In this document: piece after piece, positions 21,134 to 32,600 of the stretch | How positions within the stretch are numbered: position 1 is the first letter of the stretch | Layout: each line of letters begins with the position of its first letter | Assembly (NCBI GenBank): GCA_047972425.1 | Contig: JBKEAR010000003.1 | Location: forward strand, 166,422 to 230,421 | Length of the DNA: 64,000 nt | Direction of reading: 5' to 3' | From: Alphaproteobacteria bacterium | GTDB taxonomy: Bacteria; Pseudomonadota; Alphaproteobacteria; JBKEAR01 | Notes under the pieces: generated by a model | Databases searched by the model: none | What the model saw: only the letters and a program-made list of their open reading frames with translations | What the model was told of the DNA's origin: nothing | Translations under genes and position numbers: made by a program

Positions 21134-22096
21134 ATGCTCAAGAATAAACTGCTTATTGCAACGTCTATTTTATTGTTAAACATTCATAATGTATCTTCGG
21201 CTGCAACGGTGGAGGAATTAGAACGCCAATTGCAGCAAATGCAACAGCAAACAGAGCTTTTGCAAAAACAATTGTTAGAATTAAAATCTACTGAGCAAAC
21301 CAATCAACAGCCCCAACAACAAGAACAAACAGCTAATGCGCCCTCGGCGGCAGTAACAACACAACCTGTTGTGAGCCCGCCTTTAGAACAAACACCGCAA
21401 GTTCAACCACCCGCCGAACAACCTGTTTCGACAACATCATCGCAACAAATGGCCGATGGTATTAAGGTGGATGCTAATGGAAATTTATATGGTGAGGGCA
21501 AGGAATCTGCAGCAGTTAGCAGCTTAAATATTGTTATTAAAAATAACCCTAATATTCAAGCAGCACCAGTTACAACCTCTGCACAAAATAATACAGCCGC
21601 AAATACAACTGCTCAATCCACAGAAACTACAAACACACAGCAAGAAGCTCCAACAACGACTATTGAACAAGCGATTACACAAGAGCCTGCAACACAGCAA
21701 GCTCCAACGCAAGAAACCCCAACCAATAGTGAGTTGCAAAATGCAATTGCCAAAGTGCAAACAGGTGATTTTGCGACAGCACAATCGGAGTTAACTGCTT
21801 ATGTTGCCGATGAAACCAAGCCGGATTTAAATGTTGCTTATTATTGGTTAGGTGAATCTTTGTTTCGCCAAAGCCAATACGAACCTGCTGCTATGGCATT
21901 TACCAAAAGTTATAAACAAGATAATAAAAGCGAAATCGCACCCGATGCCCTTATTCGCCTTTCACTCGCTTTAGGATTATTAAACCGCACCGAGGAAGCT
22001 TGTAAGTTGCTACAACATGCCGAAAACAGCTTTCCGAATGAAAAAGAAAAGGTTGCAATAGCTGCCGATGAGCGCCGGCGCCTAAATTGCCAATAG
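21134..22096 (+). CDS. cpoB: Tol-Pal system protein CpoB/YbgF (coiled-coil plus TPR, Q/T-rich linker)
   Basis: Signal peptide, N-terminal coiled coil (LERQLQQMQQQTELLQKQLLELK), long Gln/Thr-rich linker, and C-terminal TPR-like region. Last gene of the tol-pal cluster. Confidence 0.75.
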   Translation: MLKNKLLIATSILLLNIHNVSSAATVEELERQLQQMQQQTELLQKQLLELKSTEQTNQQPQQQEQTANAPSAAVTTQPVVSPPLEQTPQVQPPAEQPVSTTSSQQMADGIKVDANGNLYGEGKESAAVSSLNIVIKNNPNIQAAPVTTSAQNNTAANTTAQSTETTNTQQEAPTTTIEQAITQEPATQQAPTQETPTNSELQNAIAKVQTGDFATAQSELTAYVADETKPDLNVAYYWLGESLFRQSQYEPAAMAFTKSYKQDNKSEIAPDALIRLSLALGLLNRTEEACKLLQHAENSFPNEKEKVAIAADERRRLNCQ

Positions 22097-22100
22097 TCGG

Positions 22101-23363
22101 ATGAATGTTTATCGGTATCTTTTAAACAACACAACCTATCAACAAGGTGAAAAAATAGCTATTGCCGTATCGGGTGGTGCGGATAGTATGGCTTTATTAA
22201 CAATGGCATGTGATAGTATTGGTGCTGATTATATTATTGCTTTAACTTTTGATCATCAATTACGAAAAGAGTCGGCACAAGAAGCGCAATTTGTTGGTGA
22301 ATATTGCAAAAAAATTGGTTGCGAACATATCACTCTTAAAGCGAATGATTATGTTATTAAAGCCAATCAAAATGATGCCCGCAATATGCGCTATCAGTAT
22401 CTACTTGCCTATTGCACATATAACCAAATTACTTATTTGCTTACGGCGCATCATAAAGATGACCAAAATGAAACATATTATATACGGTTGCTACAAAATA
22501 GCCATCTATGGGGATTAGCAGGTATTGCAAATTGCTCATATACCCAAAATATTCAAATCATTCGCCCTTTGTTAGATCTCAATGCGCTGTCTCTCAAAGA
22601 TTATTTAAGAGCAAAAAATATTTTATGGGTCGAAGATCCAAGTAATCAAAACTCCAAATATTTGCGTACAAAAATACGCAATTTACTAAAGAGCAATCAA
22701 TTATCCCAGCCAAATTTAAAGCCGTTGCAAAAATATCGTAACGGCATAACCGATTTTATCAATATATGGTCGCAGCAATATATAAAACCAATTGGTGTAG
22801 GCTGTATTGATATCAAAAAACAGGCTTTTGAATATCTCCCTTTAGAGCTTCGTTTATATATTTTACGCCGATATTTACAACAGGTAAGTAATAACACATA
22901 TAGTTTATCATTATCGGTTATTGAGAGCAATTATGCGCAAATTATATCGGGTGAATTATTTTCTTTAGGGGGCTGTTTAATTTATAGTGACCATGACTAT
23001 ATTCGGCTACAGCATGAATATCGTAAAAAACAACATCGGGCTTTATTTATTTATAATAATCAGCTAACTGTATTTGATAACCGATTCCATATTTTTCACC
23101 CAATGACAAAGAAATTTCAAATTTTTTATCTGGGTGATTTTCAAAATAAATTGAGTGAAGAATTAAATGTATTTATCCGAATGTCAAAAAAGAAAAAACT
23201 TCGATATATTAAATCTTTACCTGTTGTTATATATGATGAAAATAAAATTTTAATACCCAATATAGTTGAGCCAAATTGGGGAAATTCAGCTTGGAAAATA
23301 TCACTAATAGATAAATCCGTGGGTAGCTATTGCCAAAAATACTTTATAGACCCATCTTTTTAA
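22101..23363 (+). CDS. tilS: tRNA(Ile)-lysidine synthetase TilS
   Basis: PP-loop IAIAVSGGADSMALL. Conserved position between cpoB and ftsH. Confidence 0.8.
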   Translation: MNVYRYLLNNTTYQQGEKIAIAVSGGADSMALLTMACDSIGADYIIALTFDHQLRKESAQEAQFVGEYCKKIGCEHITLKANDYVIKANQNDARNMRYQYLLAYCTYNQITYLLTAHHKDDQNETYYIRLLQNSHLWGLAGIANCSYTQNIQIIRPLLDLNALSLKDYLRAKNILWVEDPSNQNSKYLRTKIRNLLKSNQLSQPNLKPLQKYRNGITDFINIWSQQYIKPIGVGCIDIKKQAFEYLPLELRLYILRRYLQQVSNNTYSLSLSVIESNYAQIISGELFSLGGCLIYSDHDYIRLQHEYRKKQHRALFIYNNQLTVFDNRFHIFHPMTKKFQIFYLGDFQNKLSEELNVFIRMSKKKKLRYIKSLPVVIYDENKILIPNIVEPNWGNSAWKISLIDKSVGSYCQKYFIDPSF

Positions 23364-23427
23364 TATAGTTTAGTTAATTATTATAGTTTTTGGGCGTGCC
23401 CCATTACAGAAACGAAAGAGTAAAACC

Positions 23428-25386
23428 TTGAATAAAAACAGAAACAACCTAAACCTTTGGATTATAATTGCCGTTGGTCTTATTGCGATGTTTTTTATTA
23501 CGCAATTCACCGAAACCACAGCACAAAAGGGCAAAGAAATTACCTATTCGGAATTTTGGACTTCTGTGCAAGCCGATAATGTTTCAAAAGTGACTTTAAC
23601 TGGTAATGAAATTACGGCGATTATTGATGGGCAAGAAAAAATTACCTATTTGCCCCAAGGTGAACGTGATTTTTATACGAAGGTAGAGGAATCGGGCAAA
23701 GATATTGAATTTGTGAGCCAACCGCCGAGAGAGCGTGGCTTTTTAAGTACAATGTTTACCTTATGGATGCCGGCAATTTTACTTTTTGGTTTCTTTTGGT
23801 GGTTTATTTCGCGCCAAATGGGTGGTGGCCGTGGTGGTGTTATGGGTTTTGGAAAATCGAAAGCCAAAATGCTTGACCAAAGCCATACTAAAGTAACATT
23901 TGATGATGTTGCGGGTATTGATGAAGCCGAAGAAGAATTATACGAAATTGTAGACTTTTTAAAAGACCCACAAAAATTTCAGCAGCTTGGTGGGCGTATC
24001 CCTAAAGGTTGTTTACTTGTTGGCCCTCCGGGTACGGGTAAAACATTATTAGCACGTGCCGTAGCAGGCGAGGCCGATGTTCCGTTTTTCTCTATTTCGG
24101 GTTCGGACTTTGTAGAAATGTTTGTGGGTGTAGGCGCAAGCCGTGTACGCGATATGTTTGAGCAAGCCAAAAAACATGCCCCTTGTATTATTTTTATAGA
24201 TGAGATTGATGCCGTTGGTCGCCACCGTGGTGCTGGCCTTGGCGGTGGTAATGATGAGCGCGAGCAAACATTAAACCAAATTTTGGTAGAGATGGATGGT
24301 TTTGATGCCAATGAGGGTGTCATTTTAATTGCTGCAACAAATCGCCCCGATGTATTAGACCCTGCATTACTGCGCCCCGGCCGTTTTGACCGCCAAATTA
24401 TGGTGCCTAAACCCGATATTTTAGGCCGCGAAAAAATCTTACAAATGCATATGCGTAAGTTACCTTTGGCTCAAAATGTAAGTGCGCGAACTTTGGCCAG
24501 AGGAACACCCGGGTTTTCAGGTGCAGAGCTTGCCAATTTGGTGAACGAGGCTGCTTTATTGGCTGCTCGTTCCGATAAAAAGAATGTATCCATGGCAGAA
24601 TTTGAAAAAGCACGGGATAAAGCCTTAATGGGGCCAGAGCGTAAATCTTTGGCCATGATTGAAGAAGAGCGTGTTCTAACTGCTTGGCACGAGGCTGGCC
24701 ATGCGATTGTTCAGCTTAATACCAAAGATATGGATCCGCTCCATAAAGTAACAATTATTCCCCGTGGTCGAGCATTAGGTGTAACCATGTCGTTACCCGA
24801 AAAAGAATATCTTTCAATGAACCGTGCACGTTGCAAAGGTCATATGGCAATGTTATTTGGTGGCCGTGTTGCCGAGGAACTTGCCCTTGGATATGATAAA
24901 GTAACGAATGGGGCTATGGGCGATATTCAGCAAGCGACTAATTTAGCCCGTGCGATGGTGACTGAGTGGGGATTTTCGGAAAAATTAGGCCCTATTCGTT
25001 ATTCAAGTAATGAAGAGGAAGTCTTTTTAGGTCATTCGGTTGCGCAGCAAAAGAATATTTCTGAAACAACAGCCAATGTGATTGATGAGGAAGTCTTTAC
25101 AATTGTAAATGAAGGCTTAGAGACAGCACGGCGGATTTTAAATGATAAGTTTGAGGGGTTGCGTGTGCTTACTGAAGGTTTGTTAGAATATGAAACTTTA
25201 TCGGGCTCTCAGGTTGATGCTTTATTGAGTGGTGAAATTGTTGAAGAAGAAGCTTTGGGGGCTTCCTTCAAAAAAGGTGATATCAAAGAAACCTCTGTGC
25301 CAGAAACAATTTCATTTGTGACAACCGAGCAAACCTATACGGATAAAGTAGAAACTGAGGTTCCTGAAAATGGTACAACCCATTGA
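23428..25386 (+). CDS. ftsH: ATP-dependent zinc metalloprotease FtsH
   Basis: Walker [12 protein letters not shown], the SRH segment [19 protein letters not shown], and HEAGHAIV zinc-binding motif. TTG start with GAAAGAG SD. Confidence 0.95.
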   Translation: MNKNRNNLNLWIIIAVGLIAMFFITQFTETTAQKGKEITYSEFWTSVQADNVSKVTLTGNEITAIIDGQEKITYLPQGERDFYTKVEESGKDIEFVSQPPRERGFLSTMFTLWMPAILLFGFFWWFISRQMGGGRGGVMGFGKSKAKMLDQSHTKVTFDDVAGIDEAEEELYEIVDFLKDPQKFQQLGGRIPKGCLLVGPPGTGKTLLARAVAGEADVPFFSISGSDFVEMFVGVGASRVRDMFEQAKKHAPCIIFIDEIDAVGRHRGAGLGGGNDEREQTLNQILVEMDGFDANEGVILIAATNRPDVLDPALLRPGRFDRQIMVPKPDILGREKILQMHMRKLPLAQNVSARTLARGTPGFSGAELANLVNEAALLAARSDKKNVSMAEFEKARDKALMGPERKSLAMIEEERVLTAWHEAGHAIVQLNTKDMDPLHKVTIIPRGRALGVTMSLPEKEYLSMNRARCKGHMAMLFGGRVAEELALGYDKVTNGAMGDIQQATNLARAMVTEWGFSEKLGPIRYSSNEEEVFLGHSVAQQKNISETTANVIDEEVFTIVNEGLETARRILNDKFEGLRVLTEGLLEYETLSGSQVDALLSGEIVEEEALGASFKKGDIKETSVPETISFVTTEQTYTDKVETEVPENGTTH

Positions 25387-26440
25387 TCAACTACCCTCTA
25401 TTACATTAAGCCCAAATAATGCGGATGAATTAGAAACTGAGTTTTTACTTCATCCGCGGGGTTTAATATCTTGGGAGGTAATTTTTAGAAATCCTACACA
25501 AATGCGCAACTTTCTGTTATCGGAAAGAGAACTGGACTGGTGGGGTGAAAAGCAACCGGAATTCGTTCGGGAATATATCCAAAAAAATAAGGATATTTTT
25601 GCCGGACGTCAATTCCGGTTTTGTGGTTTAACCAAAGATCAACCCTTTTTAATGGGTATTGTCAATGTAACGCCCGATAGCTTTTCCGATGGTGGTGAAT
25701 TTTTATCGCCCGATGATGCAATTACCAAAGGTTTGTCGCTTATGGGTGAGGGCGCGGATATTATTGATGTTGGCGGTGAGTCTACAAGGCCGGGTGCACA
25801 AGAGATTTCGGCAGAAGAAGAGAAAGCACGGGTTATTCCTGTTGTTGAAGGTTTAGCTGCAGCAGGTGCAACAGTCTCGGTCGATACCCGCCATAGCGAA
25901 ACGATGGAAGCGGCCATTCAAGCGGGGGCAAAAATTATTAACGATATATCGGCTCTTACCGATGATGAAAAAGCATTGGCGGTTATAAAAAAATATCCAC
26001 ATGTTTCTTTAATACTCATGCACAAACAAGGCCAGCCGAATAATATGCAAAATAATTTTCAGTATAATCATGTAATTACCGATGTTTATGATTATTTGCT
26101 CAAACGTGTGCGAGCATGCGAAAAAGCAGGTATTGAACGGGCGCGTATTAGTGTTGACCCCGGAATAGGCTTTGGTAAATCAGTACAACATAATTTGGAT
26201 TTAATGGGGCGCTTAAGTTTGTTAAGGGGTATTGGTTGTATTGTAACCTTAGGAGCTAGCCGTAAAAGTTTTATTGCTGCTGTCAGCCGAGATGTCCCAC
26301 CGAATGAGCGTGTATATGGTAGTTTGTCTGCTGCAATGTGGTCGGTGCGCCAAGGGGCAGGGATATTGCGTGTGCATGATGTTAATGAGACAAAACAGGC
26401 CTTAGATGTTTGGCAGGCCGTACAAAATGCAGGATATTAG
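25370..26440 (+). CDS. folP: Dihydropteroate synthase (start uncertain: the ORF is open from 25370 overlapping ftsH, and the conserved DHPS core begins about 25652)
   Basis: MGIVNVTPDSFSDGG, DVGGESTRPG, and ISVDPGIGFGK pterin-binding motifs. Confidence 0.8.
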   Translation: MVQPIDQLPSITLSPNNADELETEFLLHPRGLISWEVIFRNPTQMRNFLLSERELDWWGEKQPEFVREYIQKNKDIFAGRQFRFCGLTKDQPFLMGIVNVTPDSFSDGGEFLSPDDAITKGLSLMGEGADIIDVGGESTRPGAQEISAEEEKARVIPVVEGLAAAGATVSVDTRHSETMEAAIQAGAKIINDISALTDDEKALAVIKKYPHVSLILMHKQGQPNNMQNNFQYNHVITDVYDYLLKRVRACEKAGIERARISVDPGIGFGKSVQHNLDLMGRLSLLRGIGCIVTLGASRKSFIAAVSRDVPPNERVYGSLSAAMWSVRQGAGILRVHDVNETKQALDVWQAVQNAGY

Positions 26441-26455
26441 ATTAAGGGAATTATA

Positions 26456-27796
26456 ATGGAACGGAAATATTTTGGAACCGATGGAATAAGAGGCAAGGCC
26501 AATCAATATCCGATGACAGCCGAAGTTGCTTTAAAAACTGGTATGGCTGCGGCTAAGTTTTTTGTTCGCGGGGATCATCGTCACCAAGTTGTTATCGGCA
26601 AAGACCCTAGATTATCGGGCTATATGTTAGAGCAAGCCTTAACCGCCGGTTTTTTATCTATGGGTATGAATGTTATTTTGGTTGGGCCAATCCCTACACC
26701 GGGTATTGCAATGCTTACACGAGCATTAAGGTGCGATTTGGGGGTAATGATTTCGGCATCGCATAACCATTATACCGATAACGGTATTAAGCTTTTTGGT
26801 CCCGATGGTCATAAGCTAAGCGATGAAGCCGAGATGAAGATTGAATCACTCATTGAAACTATTTGTGATTCCGATTTGGTATCGGGTGATAAATTAGGCC
26901 GAGCAACCCGTTTAGATGATGTACTTGGCCGTTATATCGAATTTGCCAAACAAACATTCCCTAAAGATTTGCGCCTTGATGGCTTACGAGTTGTTATAGA
27001 TTGCTCCAATGGTGCCGCCTATAAGGCAGCGCCAAGTATTTTATTTGAGCTTGGTGCCGAGGTTATTGCCATTGGTGTATCGCCAAATGGGCAAAATATT
27101 AATGATGGTGTGGGCTCAACCGCGCCTAAAAAAATGCAAGATGCGGTTGTGGAATATCGTGCAGATATTGGTATTGCCCTTGATGGTGATGCGGATCGGG
27201 TGATTATATCCGATGAAAAAGGGCAGATTATTGATGGTGATCAGCTTATGGCAACAATTGCGCTAAATATGAAAGAGCAAGGCCTATTAAAAAATAATGC
27301 TCTTGTGGCAACAGTAATGTCTAATTTGGGCTTAGAGCGCTTATTAGAGGCCAATGGTTTAAAATTGGTTCGTACGGCTGTTGGCGATCGTTATGTAATG
27401 GAAGCCATGAAAGAAGGTGGATATAATATTGGTGGTGAGCAATCGGGGCATATTGTGCTGAGTGATTACTCTACGACTGGCGATGGTACTTTGGCGGCGT
27501 TGCAAATATTATCCATTATGGCTCGAACCCAAAAGAAAGCTAGCTCTGTATGTAATCAATTTACGCCTGTACCCCAAATTTTAAAAAATATACGTTATAA
27601 TAAAGGGGATTCTCCTCTTGATAAAGCCGATATTCAGGCAGAGATTAAAAAATACGAAAAAGAGCTAGAAGGTGAAGGGCGTTTGCTTATCCGAAAATCC
27701 GGAACCGAACCTTTGATTCGTATTATGGTCGAAGGTGATAATGCCAAAAAAATAAAAAAGATTGCCGATGCACTTGCTGCAAAAATTATAGGGTAA
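26456..27796 (+). CDS. glmM: Phosphoglucosamine mutase GlmM
   Basis: [16 protein letters not shown], active-site [20 protein letters not shown]. Confidence 0.95.
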   Translation: MERKYFGTDGIRGKANQYPMTAEVALKTGMAAAKFFVRGDHRHQVVIGKDPRLSGYMLEQALTAGFLSMGMNVILVGPIPTPGIAMLTRALRCDLGVMISASHNHYTDNGIKLFGPDGHKLSDEAEMKIESLIETICDSDLVSGDKLGRATRLDDVLGRYIEFAKQTFPKDLRLDGLRVVIDCSNGAAYKAAPSILFELGAEVIAIGVSPNGQNINDGVGSTAPKKMQDAVVEYRADIGIALDGDADRVIISDEKGQIIDGDQLMATIALNMKEQGLLKNNALVATVMSNLGLERLLEANGLKLVRTAVGDRYVMEAMKEGGYNIGGEQSGHIVLSDYSTTGDGTLAALQILSIMARTQKKASSVCNQFTPVPQILKNIRYNKGDSPLDKADIQAEIKKYEKELEGEGRLLIRKSGTEPLIRIMVEGDNAKKIKKIADALAAKIIG

Positions 27797-27802
27797 TCTT
27801 AA

Positions 27803-28126
27803 TTGGCATGGATATATTTAATTTTGGCTGGCTGTTTCGAGATAGGCTGGCCACTAGGTTTTAAACTTTCTCAGCTCTATGATAACTTTAAGATTGCCGG
27901 TATCTTAATGGCCATTATCTGTATGGCGATTAGTGGATTATTTTTATGGCTGGCTCAATAAACAATCCCAATTGGAACCGCCTATGCAATATGGACAGGA
28001 ATTGGCGCAGCAGGAACATTTTTAATCGGTGTTTGGTATTTTGGTGATACTTCTTCGTTATTAAGATATTTTGGAGTTTTCTTAATTATCTCGGGTGTTA
28101 TTGTTTTAAAACTTGCCCCCCATTAA
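27803..28126 (+). pseudogene. sugE: SugE/Gdx-type small multidrug resistance (SMR) transporter gene interrupted by a single in-frame TAA at 27959-27961
   Basis: TTG start at 27803. The 5' half encodes MAWIYLILAGCFEIGWPLGFKLSQ...LFLWLAQ, including the conserved membrane Glu. The in-frame stop sits where SMR homologs have Lys/Gln. The 3' half in the same frame continues [24 protein letters not shown]...[12 protein letters not shown], ending at 28126. Neither half is in the ORF track because each is under 60 aa. Confidence 0.6.
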
Positions 28127-28154
28127 TTATATTGGGCAAAAAGTAACAAATAAA

Positions 28155-28730
28155 TTACTCTATTACAGCTAAAGTTGCAGGGTCTGGTAATCCAATAGGT
28201 TTTGGCGGTGGCGATATAATATCGGTTGCTTCTACTGTAACAACCTCTTGCACAATAGCTTCGCCATCAGCACGGCAATCTACTGCATATAAATCGTAAA
28301 GTTGGTGCTCAAATGGAGAAAGGGAGGGAGCCGATGCAAACATCCAGCCCGAAAAAACATTATTTTGCGAACTGCGTTCTTTAACCTTTAAAAATATACC
28401 GCTTTCCGGGATATACTCTGGGGGTCTTTCTTGGCAAGAAAATACCGATATTTCTAAATCCTCAAATGATTGTGTTTCATTAACTTTAATTGTTAATTGG
28501 CTCGATCTCCCCGAAACCTTATTAAGCGCCTTAAGTATGGCAACATCTTTTTTAATAACAGGTGGAGAATCAGAACCTTGCTCAGCAATAATTTCACCCA
28601 AATTATCATTGGCTTGAACTTGGGGTTCAGTTTGCCCGGCGATGATATCATCTAAATCATCGGCAAACCCATTATACGCAAAACCACCCATTACAGCGAT
28701 TGTTAATAACTGATAAAATTTTTGATGCAT
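28155..28730 (-). CDS. DUF2155 domain protein (signal peptide)
   Basis: Conserved alphaproteobacterial partner of NDUFA12-like proteins. Start taken at the Met at 28730, 4 nt after the upstream gene stop. The ORF is open to 28760. Confidence 0.55.
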   Translation of the reverse strand: MHQKFYQLLTIAVMGGFAYNGFADDLDDIIAGQTEPQVQANDNLGEIIAEQGSDSPPVIKKDVAILKALNKVSGRSSQLTIKVNETQSFEDLEISVFSCQERPPEYIPESGIFLKVKERSSQNNVFSGWMFASAPSLSPFEHQLYDLYAVDCRADGEAIVQEVVTVEATDIISPPPKPIGLPDPATLAVIE

Positions 28731-28734
28731 AATT

Positions 28735-29136
28735 TTAAGAATTAGGAACCCAAGCCTCAAAATCTTGTGCGGCTTTTTGTCTTTTTTCGCCCTTGCTTAA
28801 ACCTTTAGGATAAATTGCATCTTTTGTGCCAGTAGGGTTGGCAATAGGTTCTTTTTGCCATTGATGCCTTTCGCCTGCATTTAATGGTTCGGTTTCTACA
28901 TGGTGTAACCAAATGTTCCATTCGGGCGGAACAGCTGAGGGCTCAGTACCAAGTTTTTTGAATTCTTTACTATACATTACCCAACGGCGATCACGCCCCC
29001 ATTTATTGGGTGAGCATCTATTAATTTGCCACCAATGCCGACGAGGCTTGGCATAATAATATTTATTACCATGTTCATCTTCGCCCATTTTTTTACCATA
29101 AAAAAATGTATATATTTTTGTTACTAATAGGCTCAT
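28735..29136 (-). CDS. NADH:ubiquinone oxidoreductase 17.2-kDa subunit (NDUFA12) family protein
   Basis: HWWQI...RRWVMY...PPEWNIWLHH resembles the NDUFA12/B17.2 family. Confidence 0.75.
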   Translation of the reverse strand: MSLLVTKIYTFFYGKKMGEDEHGNKYYYAKPRRHWWQINRCSPNKWGRDRRWVMYSKEFKKLGTEPSAVPPEWNIWLHHVETEPLNAGERHQWQKEPIANPTGTKDAIYPKGLSKGEKRQKAAQDFEAWVPNS

Positions 29137-29645
29137 CCTAGTAAATCCTTGCCAACTTTTGTTTAATGTTATTAAATTACGAAATTCTGATTACAATGTC
29201 TACACCAAAATCATTAATTCATCGAAATTTAGAGTCGCATTGCGCGTTGCCTTATGCTTAACAAAGATGTGATTAATGAAATTTAAACAAAAAACTGTGA
29301 CTGCATATTTCAGTATTATATATTTATGAAAAATAAAAGTTTTTATTAAAAAAATTCGTTATAATTAAAACAAGGGCATGAAAAGTATCTGTCAAGAGCT
29401 TTTTAATGTTGATTCAATGCCTCTAAAAAGATACATTTATACTTCCTGATTTGATATAGAGCAAATTTCAACCAGGTTGATATTATATTATTTAATATAG
29501 TATATTTTTTGAAAATTTAAAAAACTGACTTGTCTTTTCGTAAGATAGCGGCTTTCTTGGATGTATGATTTTTATTGTGTATCCGTAGCCTTTTTAGCTT
29601 TAATATCTTGTGTAAAAGAACAATGATCAAAGGAGAGCCTAAACT

Positions 29646-32600
29646 ATGCGTATTGAGCGGAGCTTTACAAAGAGAGATCAAAATCCGTATGATTTAATTG
29701 AATTCATTAAAACGAATAGTGAGATTCGAAATCCGGATGGTTCAGTTGTGTTTCAGGCCAAAAATTTTGAAGTACCGAAACAATGGTCACAAGTTGCTGC
29801 AGATATCATTGCGCAAAAATACTTTCGGCGGGCTGGGATTCCGGCTTATTTAAAAAAAGTAGAAGAAGATGGGATTCCTACTTGGCTCCAACGCTCAGAG
29901 CCTGATAATGCACGCTTAAAAGAATTACCCAAAGCAGAACGCTTGATTGGTGAGACATCAGCACAGCAAGTATTTGACCGCTTGGCAGGTACTTGGACTT
30001 ATTGGGGTTATAAAAACAATTATTTTAATACCGAAGAAGATGCCCATGCTTTTTTTGATGAAATGCGCTATATGCTTGCAATGCAAATGGGTGCACCGAA
30101 CTCTCCGCAATGGTTTAATACCGGTTTACATTGGGCTTATGGTATTGATGGGCATTCGCAAGGACATTATTATGTTGATCCCCAAACCCAAAAATTAGTA
30201 AAATCTAAATCAGCCTATGAGCATCCACAGCCCCATGCATGTTTTATCCAAAGCGTGAATGATGATTTAGTCAATGAGGGCGGTATTATGGATTTATGGG
30301 TACGTGAGGCCCGTTTATTCAAATATGGCTCGGGTACAGGCTCTAACTTCTCTAATATCCGTGGTGAGGGCGAAAGTCTATCGGGTGGTGGAAAATCATC
30401 GGGTTTAATGAGCTTTTTAAGTGTGGGCGATCGGGCAGCGGGTGCTATTAAATCGGGCGGGACAACACGCCGTGCCGCCAAAATGGTGATTGTAAATGTG
30501 GATCACCCCGATATTGAACAATTTATCAATTGGAAAGTACGCGAAGAACAAAAAGTAGCTGCTTTAGTGGCTGGTTCTAAAGCAACCCATGCAGCATTAA
30601 ATAAAATTGTTGCGGCTTGCCGTGATTCGGATACCGAAGATTTATTTTCACAAAATGCCTATGACCCTAAAGTGAACCGCAAATTACGCCGCGCAATTTT
30701 AGATGCACGCTCTGCTATGGTTCCCGAAAATTATATTCAACGGGTTATCAAAATGGCTGAGATGGGTGTTGAAAAAATCGACTTTCCAACCTTTAATACC
30801 GATTTTACATCCGAAGCTTATATAACGGTTGCCGGGCAAAATTCTAATAACTCTATTCGGGTAACCGATGATTTTATGCATGCGGTTAATCAAGATAAAG
30901 CTTGGTATTTAACCTCGCGGATAGACGGTAGTGTCGTTAAAGAAATTTCGGCTAAAAGCTTATGGGAAGATGTCGGCTATGCTGCTTGGGCTTGTGCTGA
31001 CCCGGGTATTCAGTTTGATACAACCATTAACGATTGGCACACATGCCCGCAATCGGGGCCGATTAATGGCTCTAACCCTTGTTCGGAATATATGTTTTTA
31101 GACGATACAGCATGTAATTTAGCATCGTTAAATCTTGTGGCTTTTCAAAAAGAAGATGGCTCGTTAGATATTGAAGCTTATACCCATGCCGTACGTTTAT
31201 GGACCATTGTATTAGAGCTTTCTGTTGTTATGGCGCAATTTCCTTCTAAAGAGATTGCAAAGCTTTCTTATAAATTCCGTACAACCGGTTTAGGTTATGC
31301 CAATTTAGGCGGTTTTTTAATGTCGGCTGCCATTGCTTATGATTCTGATGAAGCCCGTGCCTTTACGGGAGCTGTAACGGCTTTATTAACTGGTATTGCC
31401 TATAAAACTTCGGCCGAAATGGCAGGGGAACAAGGGGCTTTTGAGGGGTATGCGGAAAATAAAAATGATATGCTCCGTGTCATGCGTAATCATCGCCGTG
31501 CTGCCTATGGCGAAAAAGATGGTTACGAAAACTTACACATCAAACCATTAGCGATTAACCAAGCCGAAGTTAAAGATAAGAGCTTACTTAAAGCTGCCCA
31601 AGCATCGTGGGATGCCGTGATTGAGCTTGGAGAGCAACATGGCTATAGGAATGCCCAAGTTTCGGTTATTGCGCCTACAGGTACTATCGGCCTAGTGATG
31701 GATTGCGATACAACGGGTGTTGAACCGGATTATGCTTTAGTTAAATTTAAAAAACTTGTGGGCGGTGGATATTTTCGTATTATTAACCAACGGGTACCTG
31801 TAGCCTTAAAACGCTTAGGTTATAGTAAAGAAGCAATCAATGATATTATTAAATATGCCGTTGGTTATGGCAGCTTAAAATCATCACCAACCATCAACTA
31901 TAATAATCTTGAAGAAAAAGGATTTGGCCATAAGCAAATTGAAGCTTTAGAGGTTACCTTAAAAGATGCTTTTGATATCCGTTTTGTATTTAATAAATGG
32001 ACATTAGGTGAAGGCTTTATTACCGAAACTTTGGGTGTGGACAAAAACTTATTGGATGACCCAAGTTTTGATTTACTTAAGCATTTAGGTTTCTCTAAAT
32101 CAGAAATCGATATAGCCAATAACCATGTTTGCGGTACAATGACAGTTGAAGGAGCACCCCATTTAAGAGATGAGCATTTGCCTGTTTTTGATTGTGCAAC
32201 CCCATGCGGGCGTATCGGCAAGCGTTTCCTTTCGGCTGAGGCACATATTTTACTAATGGCATCAGCACAGCCATTTATCTCTGGTGCGATTTCTAAAACA
32301 GTGAATATGCCGGCAAATAGTACGATTGATGAATGTTTAAAAGCTTACGAACTTTCTTGGGAAACCGGAATTAAAGCCAACGCACTTTATCGGGATGGTT
32401 CTAAATTATCGCAACCATTATCGGCGGTAGCTTTAGATGATGAAACAGATGACGAAGAATTAAAAGCTGCTGAAGTTGCCGAGTTACCCCAGCCGGATCA
32501 GGCTGTATATATTGCACAAAAACAAGTGAGCCAAATTTGGAAGCCAAAACGTATTCAACCACCATCGCGCCGTAAAGGTTATACCCAAAAAGCCCGGGTG

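Noticed and set aside
27797-27803. Guanidine riboswitch upstream of sugE/gdx
   Set aside because: Only 6 nt separate the glmM stop from the sugE TTG start, which leaves no room for a ykkC-type element.
29137-29645. Cobalamin riboswitch upstream of nrdJ
   Set aside because: I searched by eye for the B12-box core (GCCACTG-like) and conserved stems and found none. NrdJ uses B12 as cofactor and is not expected to be B12-repressed.
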